DNA of 48,276 bases, taken from Coleofasciculus sp. B1-GNL1-01 (GTDB taxonomy: Bacteria; Cyanobacteriota; Cyanobacteriia; Cyanobacteriales; Coleofasciculaceae). A model generated the notes under the pieces. The model saw nothing but the letters and a program-made list of their open reading frames with translations. It was not told the DNA's origin and searched no databases. The translations under genes and the position numbers were made by a program. The stretch is taken from NCBI GenBank assembly GCA_040220235.1, contig JAVJTO010000145.1; one strand, given 5' to 3'. Position 1 is the first letter of the stretch, and each line of letters begins with the position of its first letter. Shown in pieces: positions 40,426-48,276 of the stretch.

Positions 40426-41463
40426 ATGGTTGAAATCCCCGAATCCACTGCCGAACTCGCGGCTGTCCTTGAAGAACCCGTTGATTTGAATTTCCAGCTT
40501 CCTGATCCAGAGGATGAGGAGATTCAGGAGTACGACTTTCAGCAACTCGTCGATAACGCTTGGCGAGTGTGCGATCGCTTCGACTTACAAACCGAGATCT
40601 GGCGCGGGCGGATTCTGCGTGTGGTGCGCGATCGCGAGAAAAAAGGCGGTGATGGGCGCGGTACGGGCTTTCTCAACTGGCTGAAAAGTCGCGAAATTAG
40701 TAAGAGTCAGGCATATTCCCTGATTGAACTGGCAAATAGTGCCGATACCCTCCTCGCCGAAGGCAAACTTAACCCCGATGCGATCCGCAATTTCAGTAAA
40801 CGGGCATTTGTGGAAACTGCCAAATCTGCCCCCGAAGTTCAACAACTGGTTAGCGATAAGGCGCAACAAGGCGATCGGATCACGCGGCGTGAGGTGAAGC
40901 AGCTAGCCGATGAATGGACAGCCATGTCCTCAGAGTTACTCCCTGATGAAGTCAAGGAAAAAGCCTCAGCCGGAACCATGCCCGCCCGTTATCTGGCACC
41001 GTTAGTTAAAGAAATGGAGAAGTTGCCAGAACTCCATCTGAAACCGCTACAAGAGGAAGTGGCGGCAAATCCTGATGTGGATACGGTGAAACAAACCACA
41101 TCAGACGCCCGTTTCTTGGCAAAATACCTCGACGCCGCCGCCCAAGTGCAAGCGATTCAGCACTCGTCGTTGGATATGGAATTAGCACTCCAGGAAGCCC
41201 TGCGCCTAGATTGCTTAAATACGGCGGCTGATTTGGTCAAACAGGCATCTGTGTTGGAACAAAGCGTGGGTAAACTTTACACCACCTGGAAACGGCTGAG
41301 TAGCCTATCCGACCGATTATACGTCGATACTGGGGCAAGTACCCCTCATCTGCGATCGCTCCTCAACTGTTTGGATCGTCTTACCAATGACGTGATTGAA
41401 GTTCCCCTCGATGAAACAGGCGAACAGATTGTGCGTCTGAAGCTGATGGTGGATACTCAATAA
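40426..41463 (+). CDS. Conserved cyanobacterial hypothetical protein (possible DUF3102-like HTH near N-terminus)
   Basis: 345-aa ORF; GFLNWLKSREISKSQAYSLIEL helix-turn-helix-like segment. Confidence 0.85.
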   Translation: MVEIPESTAELAAVLEEPVDLNFQLPDPEDEEIQEYDFQQLVDNAWRVCDRFDLQTEIWRGRILRVVRDREKKGGDGRGTGFLNWLKSREISKSQAYSLIELANSADTLLAEGKLNPDAIRNFSKRAFVETAKSAPEVQQLVSDKAQQGDRITRREVKQLADEWTAMSSELLPDEVKEKASAGTMPARYLAPLVKEMEKLPELHLKPLQEEVAANPDVDTVKQTTSDARFLAKYLDAAAQVQAIQHSSLDMELALQEALRLDCLNTAADLVKQASVLEQSVGKLYTTWKRLSSLSDRLYVDTGASTPHLRSLLNCLDRLTNDVIEVPLDETGEQIVRLKLMVDTQ

Positions 41464-41556
41464 GTAGGTGGACACAATTAAAGTTAACGGTTGAGATTAG
41501 GGAACAGGGAACAGGGAACAGTAAAGAATGTCCTAACCTGTCTTGGTACTGCCATA
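41461..41556. mobile_element. Chimeric MITE-like element: TAAGTAGG-type arm, (GGGAACA)3, TATRGCA-type arm
   Basis: Left arm matches 9463; right arm reverse complement TATGGCAGTACCAAGACAGGTTAGGACAT resembles the arms at 9792 and 47948. Confidence 0.7.
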
Positions 41557-41779
41557 ACGCACCATTGCTCAAGGCGAAAGAGGGTCAATCTGAAAAATGT
41601 CATACCCTTTCCCACACCTTTGTGCAAGTTTCCTACCGTAGAACTATCAACAGCGTCTAATTAGACAATCCGTGTAATCAGATTTCGTAGTCGAAGATGC
41701 GAGTCTTTGACGGTGTTGGGTTTCCTTCGTCAACCCAACGTACACACTTGGTTGATCTAGCGTTAACTAATTAGGATAT

Positions 41780-43759
41780 TTGTTTTTTTTGATAACCTTG
41801 CTAATGTTTAATTCCTTACTATCCCTATTAATTACAAATCTGACAACCTTATTTTTAGTCGGCTCTTCAAATTTTTCTCAAACGGCTAACTTACCCTTTT
41901 TTCAGTCCATGAAATCCGAACAAACCGCCAATCAACCCTTTGACCAAGAACCAACTGATAAAGGAATTCCGCTAGTTTGCTGGGTGCGTGAAGCTTACTC
42001 TAAACCGGAGTCTGAGGCGCAAGTCTGGGCGTTACTCAAGGTGGCGCATCAATATTCAGCCGCCGGATATCAAGATAAAGCCTCTGAGGTATTAGAACAA
42101 GCCTTAGAAATTGCCCGAACTGTTGAAGATGTCCAGAGTAAAATCAAATTATTATTTCAGGTGGCTAGTGGTTATATAGATGCAGAAGAATTCGCCTCCG
42201 CTACACCCATACTCAATTCGGCTCTACAACTTACTCAAACAACTACAGACGAGCAAGCAAAACTTGCTTTTTTAACGGATATTGCTAGCCAATATACAGC
42301 AGCTAGCCAGAAGGAACAAGCGGCTGATATCGTAGCCCAAATTGAGCAACTACGAGAAACAGTTGATATTAATTATTTTAGAAAGGGTTCCATCCTCGAC
42401 ACTCTCACTGAAGTCTATGCTGAGCTAGGTAATCTAGAGCAAGCTTTTCAATTAATCGACACGATTGAAGTCGGATTCCCTAAAGACAGTAAATTAGCCA
42501 AAGTCGCACGAGAATATATTAAGCGGGGTCAATACGATCAGGCGTTACAGATTGCCCAACATCTAGAAGGCTTTCGCCCCCAAACCTTACGAGAAATTGT
42601 GGGTAAATACGCAGCCCAAGGACAACTCGATCAAGCACTACAGGTTGTTCAGACAATTCAGGAGGAGTCTACGGAATTTTCTGCTTTAGTTGAAGTTGCT
42701 GATAAGTTGATAGCAACGGAACAGCCGGATAATGTCGAGCCAATCCTAGAGCAAGCCCTGGAAATTGTTAACCGTGCCGAGGATGCTAATTTTAAAGCAT
42801 CAGCGCTCACTAACATCGCTCAATCCTATTGGGAATTTGGGCAACAGAATCAAGCGGTTGAACTTCTTGATCGCGCTGCTAAAATTGCCGATATCAACAG
42901 CCATACATTAGCTAAAATTGCTCAACAGTATTGGCAGACAGGACAAGAGGATAAAGCGACTCAAATAGCGATTAACTTGCCGGATGCTAATCAAGATGTA
43001 CTATTTGATATTATCATCCAAAAGGCAAAACGAGGTGAGTATAGCCAAGCCCTGCAATTAATCCCTTTTTTCAAAGAGATGGAGCGAAAAAGTTTTGCCC
43101 CAAAATATATTGCCGAGGAATATGTAGAGGTCAGCTCAAGGGAGCCGTTATCTGAGATAGTGGCAACAATAAAAGATGCTGAATCTAGAGAAACTTTTCT
43201 GGCGATAATTGCTGAAAATTATATAAAAAACGACCAATATGACGCCGCATTAACGATAGTCGAAGCCATCAATGATGCTTACTACAAAGCGGCTGTACTG
43301 ACTCAACTGTCGCTTCATTACACGGCAGCGGGAGATAACAGTCAAGCCACGACGCTACTCACCCAAGCCACAGAAATCGCTAAGAACACTGATGATTACA
43401 TCACGATTCATCCTCTGCTCAAACGAGTATCGATATTGACTTCGATCGCAGGTTTATATCAGGCGATTGGTCAACAGGAAAAAGCGGCTGAAGTTTTATC
43501 ATTAGCCCAGAAACCGCTCGAAACTCTACAAGCAAGTGGTGAAAACCTACAAGCAAGTGGTGAAAACTTACCTATACACGATCCTGAATCAATGGCTAAT
43601 ATGGCTCAGTCAAATCACCGACTCTATTGGCTGCAACTGGCTCAAAACTATACCGAAGCCAAACAATACGATCGCGCCTTAGTAACGCTGCGACTCGTAG
43701 ACGATCTGGCGACAAGCAAGCGCTTAAGAACTAGGCTGGAATGTGCCAAGAATCTTTAG
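41780..43759 (+). CDS. TPR-like alpha-solenoid protein, probably exported (start may be ATG 41804)
   Basis: Hydrophobic N-terminus; repeated A..Y...GQ.DQAL units; in-frame 21-bp duplication at 43526-43567. Confidence 0.85.
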   Translation: MFFLITLLMFNSLLSLLITNLTTLFLVGSSNFSQTANLPFFQSMKSEQTANQPFDQEPTDKGIPLVCWVREAYSKPESEAQVWALLKVAHQYSAAGYQDKASEVLEQALEIARTVEDVQSKIKLLFQVASGYIDAEEFASATPILNSALQLTQTTTDEQAKLAFLTDIASQYTAASQKEQAADIVAQIEQLRETVDINYFRKGSILDTLTEVYAELGNLEQAFQLIDTIEVGFPKDSKLAKVAREYIKRGQYDQALQIAQHLEGFRPQTLREIVGKYAAQGQLDQALQVVQTIQEESTEFSALVEVADKLIATEQPDNVEPILEQALEIVNRAEDANFKASALTNIAQSYWEFGQQNQAVELLDRAAKIADINSHTLAKIAQQYWQTGQEDKATQIAINLPDANQDVLFDIIIQKAKRGEYSQALQLIPFFKEMERKSFAPKYIAEEYVEVSSREPLSEIVATIKDAESRETFLAIIAENYIKNDQYDAALTIVEAINDAYYKAAVLTQLSLHYTAAGDNSQATTLLTQATEIAKNTDDYITIHPLLKRVSILTSIAGLYQAIGQQEKAAEVLSLAQKPLETLQASGENLQASGENLPIHDPESMANMAQSNHRLYWLQLAQNYTEAKQYDRALVTLRLVDDLATSKRLRTRLECAKNL

Positions 43760-43950
43760 CACGTCGGTTGGTGTAATCGCTGTTGATGGTCAAACACACC
43801 TAAAAAGACTAATCTAACGACTGATTCTAACTCGCAATCCTTTCCCGACTGAGCCACTCTATTTCTGTCGCTGGAGTCATGCAGTCCCCTGGGAGCCTGT
43901 TTTAAACTGAAGGTGAGTTCAGTCTGCAAACCTATCCCGGAGCCAATACT

Positions 43951-44382
43951 ATGATTGGAGCCATTATTGCCCAACAAAAAACCCGCGAAAAATTTGCCGC
44001 TCGCAATCGCGGTGATATTGATGCCTTTCTGGACAATTGGGCAGAAAATGCCACCTTTATTTTCCCCGGACAATCTGAAATGAGTGGTATCTTCCACGGT
44101 ATGAGTGAAATTCGCCCCTGGTTTAAGCAATTCCGGCAGCAATTTCCTCAGGTAAATTTTGAAATTAAACAGATATTTGTCGGGCGGATTTGGGCAATCG
44201 GTGCAACCAATGAGCTAGCCGTGCAATGGAACACCACCCTTTGGAATCGAGATAATCAAAAGATGCAGGGTGAGGGTGTGACAATCGTCCATCTGCAAAA
44301 GGGTCAACTTGTCTTAGCCCATGAATTTATCTTTGACTTAAGCCCCAGTTTCTTTCAAGCCAATCAGCCTGCTGCACACTGA
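43951..44382 (+). CDS. NTF2/SnoaL-like protein
   Basis: RGDIDAFLDNWAENATF..G..EIRPWF..FP pattern; GGAG RBS. Confidence 0.88.
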   Translation: MIGAIIAQQKTREKFAARNRGDIDAFLDNWAENATFIFPGQSEMSGIFHGMSEIRPWFKQFRQQFPQVNFEIKQIFVGRIWAIGATNELAVQWNTTLWNRDNQKMQGEGVTIVHLQKGQLVLAHEFIFDLSPSFFQANQPAAH

Positions 44383-44758
44383 CTACATCGTTGGTTAAAA
44401 ACCACCATTGGTAGGGACACGATATCTGGTGTTCCTACTCATAATTTTAGTAATCAATCTTACCCTTATTCTACAATTTTATCTCTTGTTCCAAATTCTC
44501 TAAAATTTTATCCCCAATCATTCAACCCCCTCTGCGTTCCTCTGCGTAAACCTCTGCGTTCCTCTGCGTTAAAAAATATAATTCCGATGTAACAGATTTG
44601 ACATCAGTAAATAATCTGATGACTGAACTGAATAAATGTAGCATTAGCTACAAAAAATTAGGAGTTGACTTTTTTAGAGACGTGACATGAATGCGTAACG
44701 TTTTCACTCTAATTACCCCTTTCCTAATTCCCGTGAATGAGCCAACTCTATCATTTAA

Positions 44759-44774
44759 TGTAACCCGTGATACA
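44759..44774. promoter_or_regulatory. Consensus NtcA box
   Basis: TGTA-ACCCGTGA-TACA (GTA-N8-TAC); a weaker TGTA-N8-GACA lies at 44588-44603. Confidence 0.55.
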
Positions 44775-44953
44775 TCTCATAATCTAGGCGGACTTTGATC
44801 ACATAGTTTATGGCTGACTATCACTCATTTTTTGCCAAACTAATCACCGATGTTCTAGATCAATAGCACTGTAAGTATCCCACTCCTAGAGGAGAATGAG
44901 AGTGTCGGAAAAAAACCTAAACCTAGAGCGAGTGAATCAAGGAGATTTTAGCT

Positions 44954-45046
44954 ATGTTAGAACTACTGATTTTGATGGCTTACTTATTTGGCTGTTTTGC
45001 CTTTATCGAAGCCCTATTTGATAAAAACTTCGATGGCTCCCGCTAA
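44954..45046 (+). CDS. Unannotated 30-aa hydrophobic microprotein
   Basis: AAGGAG RBS 9 nt before ATG; MLELLILMAYLFGCFAFIEALFDKNFDGSR. Confidence 0.65.
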   Translation: MLELLILMAYLFGCFAFIEALFDKNFDGSR

Positions 45047-45205
45047 CACCGAACCCAGACAAGCGTTTAAGTTAGTGAAGCCAAAAAAAAGCCATTTTCC
45101 TGTAAAGTTATACATTAACGCCAACATGAAAACCAACATCAGGCGTTCATACTATTGTTTAAGGGGGATGAACCCAATCAGAATGCACCCTAATCCCCCT
45201 GCTTT

Positions 45206-45243
45206 ACCCCCGCTAGATTGACGGAACTAGCGGGGGTTTTCTT
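45206..45243. terminator. Intrinsic terminator between convergent microprotein genes
   Basis: ACCCCCGCTAG-N10-CTAGCGGGGGT followed by TTTCTTT on the plus strand. Confidence 0.8.
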
Positions 45244-45258
45244 TGGTATAAGCGATGC

Positions 45259-45375
45259 TTATTGCTTGTCTTGATCTTTAAAAGCGAAGATTCCCGTGAA
45301 CAGCATCAATAGCCCCCCGGCTAAAATCGCGATCGCTAACCCGCCAATGACTAAATCGAATATGTTATTCTCCAC
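45259..45375 (-). CDS. Unannotated 38-aa single-TM microprotein
   Basis: GTG start with AGGA upstream; MENNIFDLVIGGLAIAILAGGLLMLFTGIFAFKDQDKQ; HIP1 read in the usual Ala-Ile-Ala frame. Confidence 0.75.
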   Translation of the reverse strand: MENNIFDLVIGGLAIAILAGGLLMLFTGIFAFKDQDKQ

Positions 45376-45416
45376 ACTGCTTTTCCTACTCTTCCTGCAA
45401 ATCCTAGCGTAGAGAT

Positions 45417-45570
45417 TGTCATTCGTCATTTGTCATTTGTCATTTGTCATTTGTCATTCGTCAGGGAATATCAGGGAATAGGGAACACCTCGGCTTACCT
45501 CGACTTGCCTCGACTTCGCTCGGCAACACGCTCGGTAACACGCTCGGTGTGTAACAGGGAACAGGGAACA
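45417..45570. repeat. STRR tracts (GTCATTT; GGGAACA) enclosing a triple-nested 22-nt mini-element at 45487-45552
   Basis: ACCTCGGCTT[ACCTCGACTT[GCCTCGACTTCGCTCGGCAACA]CGCTCGGTAACA]CGCTCGGTGTGT. Confidence 0.85.
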
Positions 45571-45588
45571 GAATTTATGTTCAGATCC

Positions 45589-46287
45589 TTATTGCTTTAA
45601 AGAATACGTACCGATAAGGGTGCGCGTCTGGGGATGACAAACGGAGTTGCAGGTGACCAAATGAATCTGAGTAACCTGCATTTCGCCTATTTTAACCGTT
45701 GCCAATTCTTGAACCTGCTGACGGAATGCGTCTGTGGGAGAATGAATCAATCGGCAGATTGTTAAATTGCCCCAGAATATGGTATCGGAGAAATAAGTTT
45801 TGTTATCAGGGACACCGATATCGCTTAAACCTTTGTCTAAAGCCTGAATTAACTGTTGCAGGGTTTGATTGCTATAACCAATCAGTGCCACGCTGGTGGG
45901 AAATAAAGTGAGATCTTGCCAACTGAAGCGGAACACGGGAAATTGAGGCACAATTTGCTTAAACACTTGATCGGCTTGAACCACATCCTCTGGCGTAAAT
46001 AGGGGCGGTGTGTGGATGGTGCGAACATTTTTAATGGTGGAATGCATTAAGTCAGGGGTGTAATAAAAATGTTCTGGTTCTAACTGTTTTAAGGGTTGAA
46101 TAATACGTTGACTGATAGACTGGGTAAGGGGTTTGGGTACAAATACCACAGACGTTAGACAACGTTCGCGATCGCGTTCGTAATCCGAGCGCATTGCCAC
46201 AACTGTCATCTGCCCTTTCCCTTGGGTGATATGGGTTTTGAGTTGTTGAATGGTTGCTTTTTGAGCGGTGGTATAGTTATCGTCCAT
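45589..46287 (-). CDS. 2H phosphoesterase (2'-5' RNA ligase-like) family protein, 232 aa
   Basis: YTPDLMHSTI first HxT motif; second motif position reads GNLTICR. Start moved to ATG 46287 to avoid overlap with fetB. Confidence 0.75.
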   Translation of the reverse strand: MDDNYTTAQKATIQQLKTHITQGKGQMTVVAMRSDYERDRERCLTSVVFVPKPLTQSISQRIIQPLKQLEPEHFYYTPDLMHSTIKNVRTIHTPPLFTPEDVVQADQVFKQIVPQFPVFRFSWQDLTLFPTSVALIGYSNQTLQQLIQALDKGLSDIGVPDNKTYFSDTIFWGNLTICRLIHSPTDAFRQQVQELATVKIGEMQVTQIHLVTCNSVCHPQTRTLIGTYSLKQ

Positions 46288-46319
46288 GATGGTGGTGATA
46301 CAGGAGATAGAGTCTCGGT

Positions 46320-47099
46320 GTGAACGCTTATATTCAACTTGACCCCATTGATTTGGTTTGGGGATTGGGCATGATGGCGATCGCGATTGGTTTATCCAGT
46401 TGGCAGGGGTTAGGATTGGAGTTACCCTTAGCGATCGCGACAGGGCGAACGGTGATACAGCTTTTGGTAGTAGGGTTTTTTCTGGGGGTTGTCTTTGCCT
46501 TAGATAACCCCTTTGCGGTTTTAGCCGTTTTACTGGTAATGCTAACCATTGCAGCAATTACCGCCCGTAACCGGATTGGTAAAAAAATTCCCCGACTATT
46601 CTGGGTGGTATTCGGTTCGATTTTCTTCTGTAGTGCCTTAACGTTAATTTATATCAATCTACTGATTATTCAACCGGACACCTGGTATCAGCCCCAGTAT
46701 CTGATTCCCTTGGGTGGTATTGTTTTGGGCAATGCCATGAACGGATCAGCGATCGCAGGTGAACGCTTGGTGAGTACAATTACCAGTAGTCGCTTAGAAA
46801 TTGAAACCCACCTGAGTTTAGGCGCTACCCCCCAACAAGCCGTGGCGGGATACCGCAAGGATGCTATCCGCGCCGGATTGATTCCTACCCTAAATCAAAT
46901 GATGGTGGTGGGGATTGTCACATTACCGGGAATCATTACAGGTCAACTGCTAAGTGGCATTGACCCATTGAATGCGGCATCTTACCAAATTTTAATCATG
47001 TTTATGATTGCCACAACTAACCTCACCACGACAATCTTGGTGACTCAGGGTATTTATCGTCAGTTTTTCAACGCCCAAGCCCAGTTAAAACTGCCTTGA
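46320..47099 (+). CDS. fetB: Iron export ABC transporter permease FetB (UPF0014)
   Basis: RTVIQLLVVG, PQYLIPLGGIVLGNAMN, LSLGATP, GIVTLPGIITGQLLSG, YQILIMF. Confidence 0.92.
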   Translation: MNAYIQLDPIDLVWGLGMMAIAIGLSSWQGLGLELPLAIATGRTVIQLLVVGFFLGVVFALDNPFAVLAVLLVMLTIAAITARNRIGKKIPRLFWVVFGSIFFCSALTLIYINLLIIQPDTWYQPQYLIPLGGIVLGNAMNGSAIAGERLVSTITSSRLEIETHLSLGATPQQAVAGYRKDAIRAGLIPTLNQMMVVGIVTLPGIITGQLLSGIDPLNAASYQILIMFMIATTNLTTTILVTQGIYRQFFNAQAQLKLP

Positions 47100-47149
47100 A
47101 GTGTCATTTGTTAATTGTTGATTGTTGATTGTTGATTGAGAATCTTCTC

Positions 47150-47229
47150 CCCCATCTTCCCCATCTTCCCCATCTTCCCCATCTTCCCCATCTTCCCCAT
47201 CTTCCCCATCTTCCCCATCTTCCCCATCT
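47150..47229. repeat. Perfect 9-mer tandem repeat (CCCCATCTT) x8 plus partial
   Basis: Direct reading; preceded by TTGTTGA heptamers. Confidence 0.95.
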
Positions 47230-47297
47230 CCCCTGTACCCCAAAACTCCAGCTTCCTTAAGTGATGCTACGATAGCCCTAGTTTCAACGGCACATTT

Positions 47298-47822
47298 ATG
47301 AGTTTTTCTTTTATTACCCCCCGTCGCCTTCTCGCTTCTGGTCTGTGTTTGGGTGTTCTGAGTACCCTCGGTTTAACCGTCCGTTCTCATTCATTACTCT
47401 CACCCGCTGTTGCTGAAGTTGTGATCGCATCCACTAAAGACGTCACGGCTGACGATGTAGCGGGTACATGGCGAGGGGAATTAGCACCCGGTCAAATGAT
47501 TACCTGGATTTTTACGCCAGATGGTAAACTCTTCATGACCGCCCCACCTGTTGCTGATGAACCACAACAGGCTTTAGAAATGCGTTACCAGGTAGAATCT
47601 AGTACCAAGCCGATGGGTTTGAATATAGACTTGGCGCAGGGGGCGACTGTAATGACAATTTTTGAAATGACTCCAGAGGGTCAAATGCGCGTACAAATTG
47701 CGGGTACGACTCCGGGAGAAGCACGACCTGAAGACTTCAATAATGCGACGGTGTTTGAAAAAGTTTCAGATACAACAACATTACCCCAGAATACACAAAT
47801 TGATGATTTTCAAAGTCGCTAG
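47298..47822 (+). CDS. Exported hypothetical protein (lipocalin-like beta barrel possible)
   Basis: Signal peptide; VAGTW..WIFTPDG pattern. Confidence 0.8.
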   Translation: MSFSFITPRRLLASGLCLGVLSTLGLTVRSHSLLSPAVAEVVIASTKDVTADDVAGTWRGELAPGQMITWIFTPDGKLFMTAPPVADEPQQALEMRYQVESSTKPMGLNIDLAQGATVMTIFEMTPEGQMRVQIAGTTPGEARPEDFNNATVFEKVSDTTTLPQNTQIDDFQSR

Positions 47823-47947
47823 AACATTAGTTCAGTCGTCCAATTATCTCCTGAAAAACGGTAACATCAAAGATACCGAAAAACCCCTCTTTTGACCAAG
47901 GGCTGGTTGTATTGAGGGGGTGAGGGTTTTTTTTCCTATCTGAGCTT

Positions 47948-48061
47948 TATAGCAGTCTACATGAGCGATTAGGACACAGCAAAATGCTGAAACCTTGACC
48001 AGTCAATCTTTTCCCTTGGAGCCTTCTGCCCTCTGTCCTCTGCCCTCTGCCTTTTGCTATA
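47948..48061. mobile_element. MITE-like element with TATAGCA/TGCTATA ends and CTCTGCC heptamers
   Basis: 7-bp inverted ends; left arm TATAGCAG..TTAGGACA is related to arms at 9792 and 41556. Confidence 0.7.
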
Positions 48062-48179
48062 TAAGGAAGCACAAGTCTTTCTGTTTAATCCTCCTAAGCT
48101 ATTCGGCATTTAAACCTTAATATTAACAATGGCGAAATCCTTGCCGTAGTGCGTTTAGCGAAGCCATGCCGCAGGCTTT

Positions 48180-48276
48180 GCATCTTGCTCGCTACATTGA
48201 GCATCTTGCTCGCTACATTGAGCATCTTGCTCGCTACATTGAGCATCTTGCTCGCTACATTGAGCATCTTGCTCGC
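48180..48276. repeat. Perfect 21-nt tandem repeat GCATCTTGCTCGCTACATTGA, running off the window
   Basis: Four full units plus 13 nt; no spacers. Confidence 0.95.

Noticed and set aside
1666..43950. Many short antisense or overlapping ORFs in the track (e.g. 2908-3255, 17397-17789, 21401-22000, 24746-25129, 43756-44142)
   Set aside because: They overlap well-supported genes and show no motifs or RBS.
45101..45114. Second NtcA site
   Set aside because: Spacing is GTA-N6-TAC, not N8.
44988..45221. 77-aa plus-strand ORF
   Set aside because: TTG start without RBS, overlaps the better-supported 30-aa ORF and runs into the terminator stem.
46288..46557. 90-aa N-terminal extension of the 2H protein
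   Set aside because: Antisense to fetB coding sequence; ATG 46287 is the plausible start.
48180..48276. CRISPR array
   Set aside because: Identical units abut with no spacers, and no cas genes are present.

Overview
Chromosomal window of a filamentous cyanobacterium. About 30 HIP1 GCGATCGC sites (counted by eye), heptamer STRR tracts and psb27 support this; a Coleofasciculus/Microcoleus-like source is my inference. Core genes are pstSCAB, psb27, rpsB-tsf, recG, fmt and fetB, plus conserved hypotheticals. Two RNA-guided IS200/IS605 (OMEGA) elements are present. The first is an IscB gene missed by the ORF track (<1..532, minus strand) with its HEARO/omegaRNA. Its guide flank looks like half of another IS605-type left-end hairpin, suggesting a transposon nested in, and targeting, a transposon end. 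The second is a 1370-bp TnpB-only element with intact catalytic motifs, inserted without target duplication into a hybrid histidine kinase; precise excision restores the frame. Accessory loci are a coupled ATPase + degenerate-ATPase/TPR/STAND/WD40 pair, a tandem pair of AT-rich paralogs of unknown function, a phage-like two-gene operon, an Rpn-family remnant, and two unannotated convergent membrane microproteins downstream of a consensus NtcA box. Intergenic DNA is crowded with REPs, MITEs (one chimeric) and 21-22 nt mini-elements that nest inside each other and inside hairpin loops of both OMEGA elements. No tRNA, rRNA or CRISPR array was seen. All family calls are from motif recognition, not database searches.
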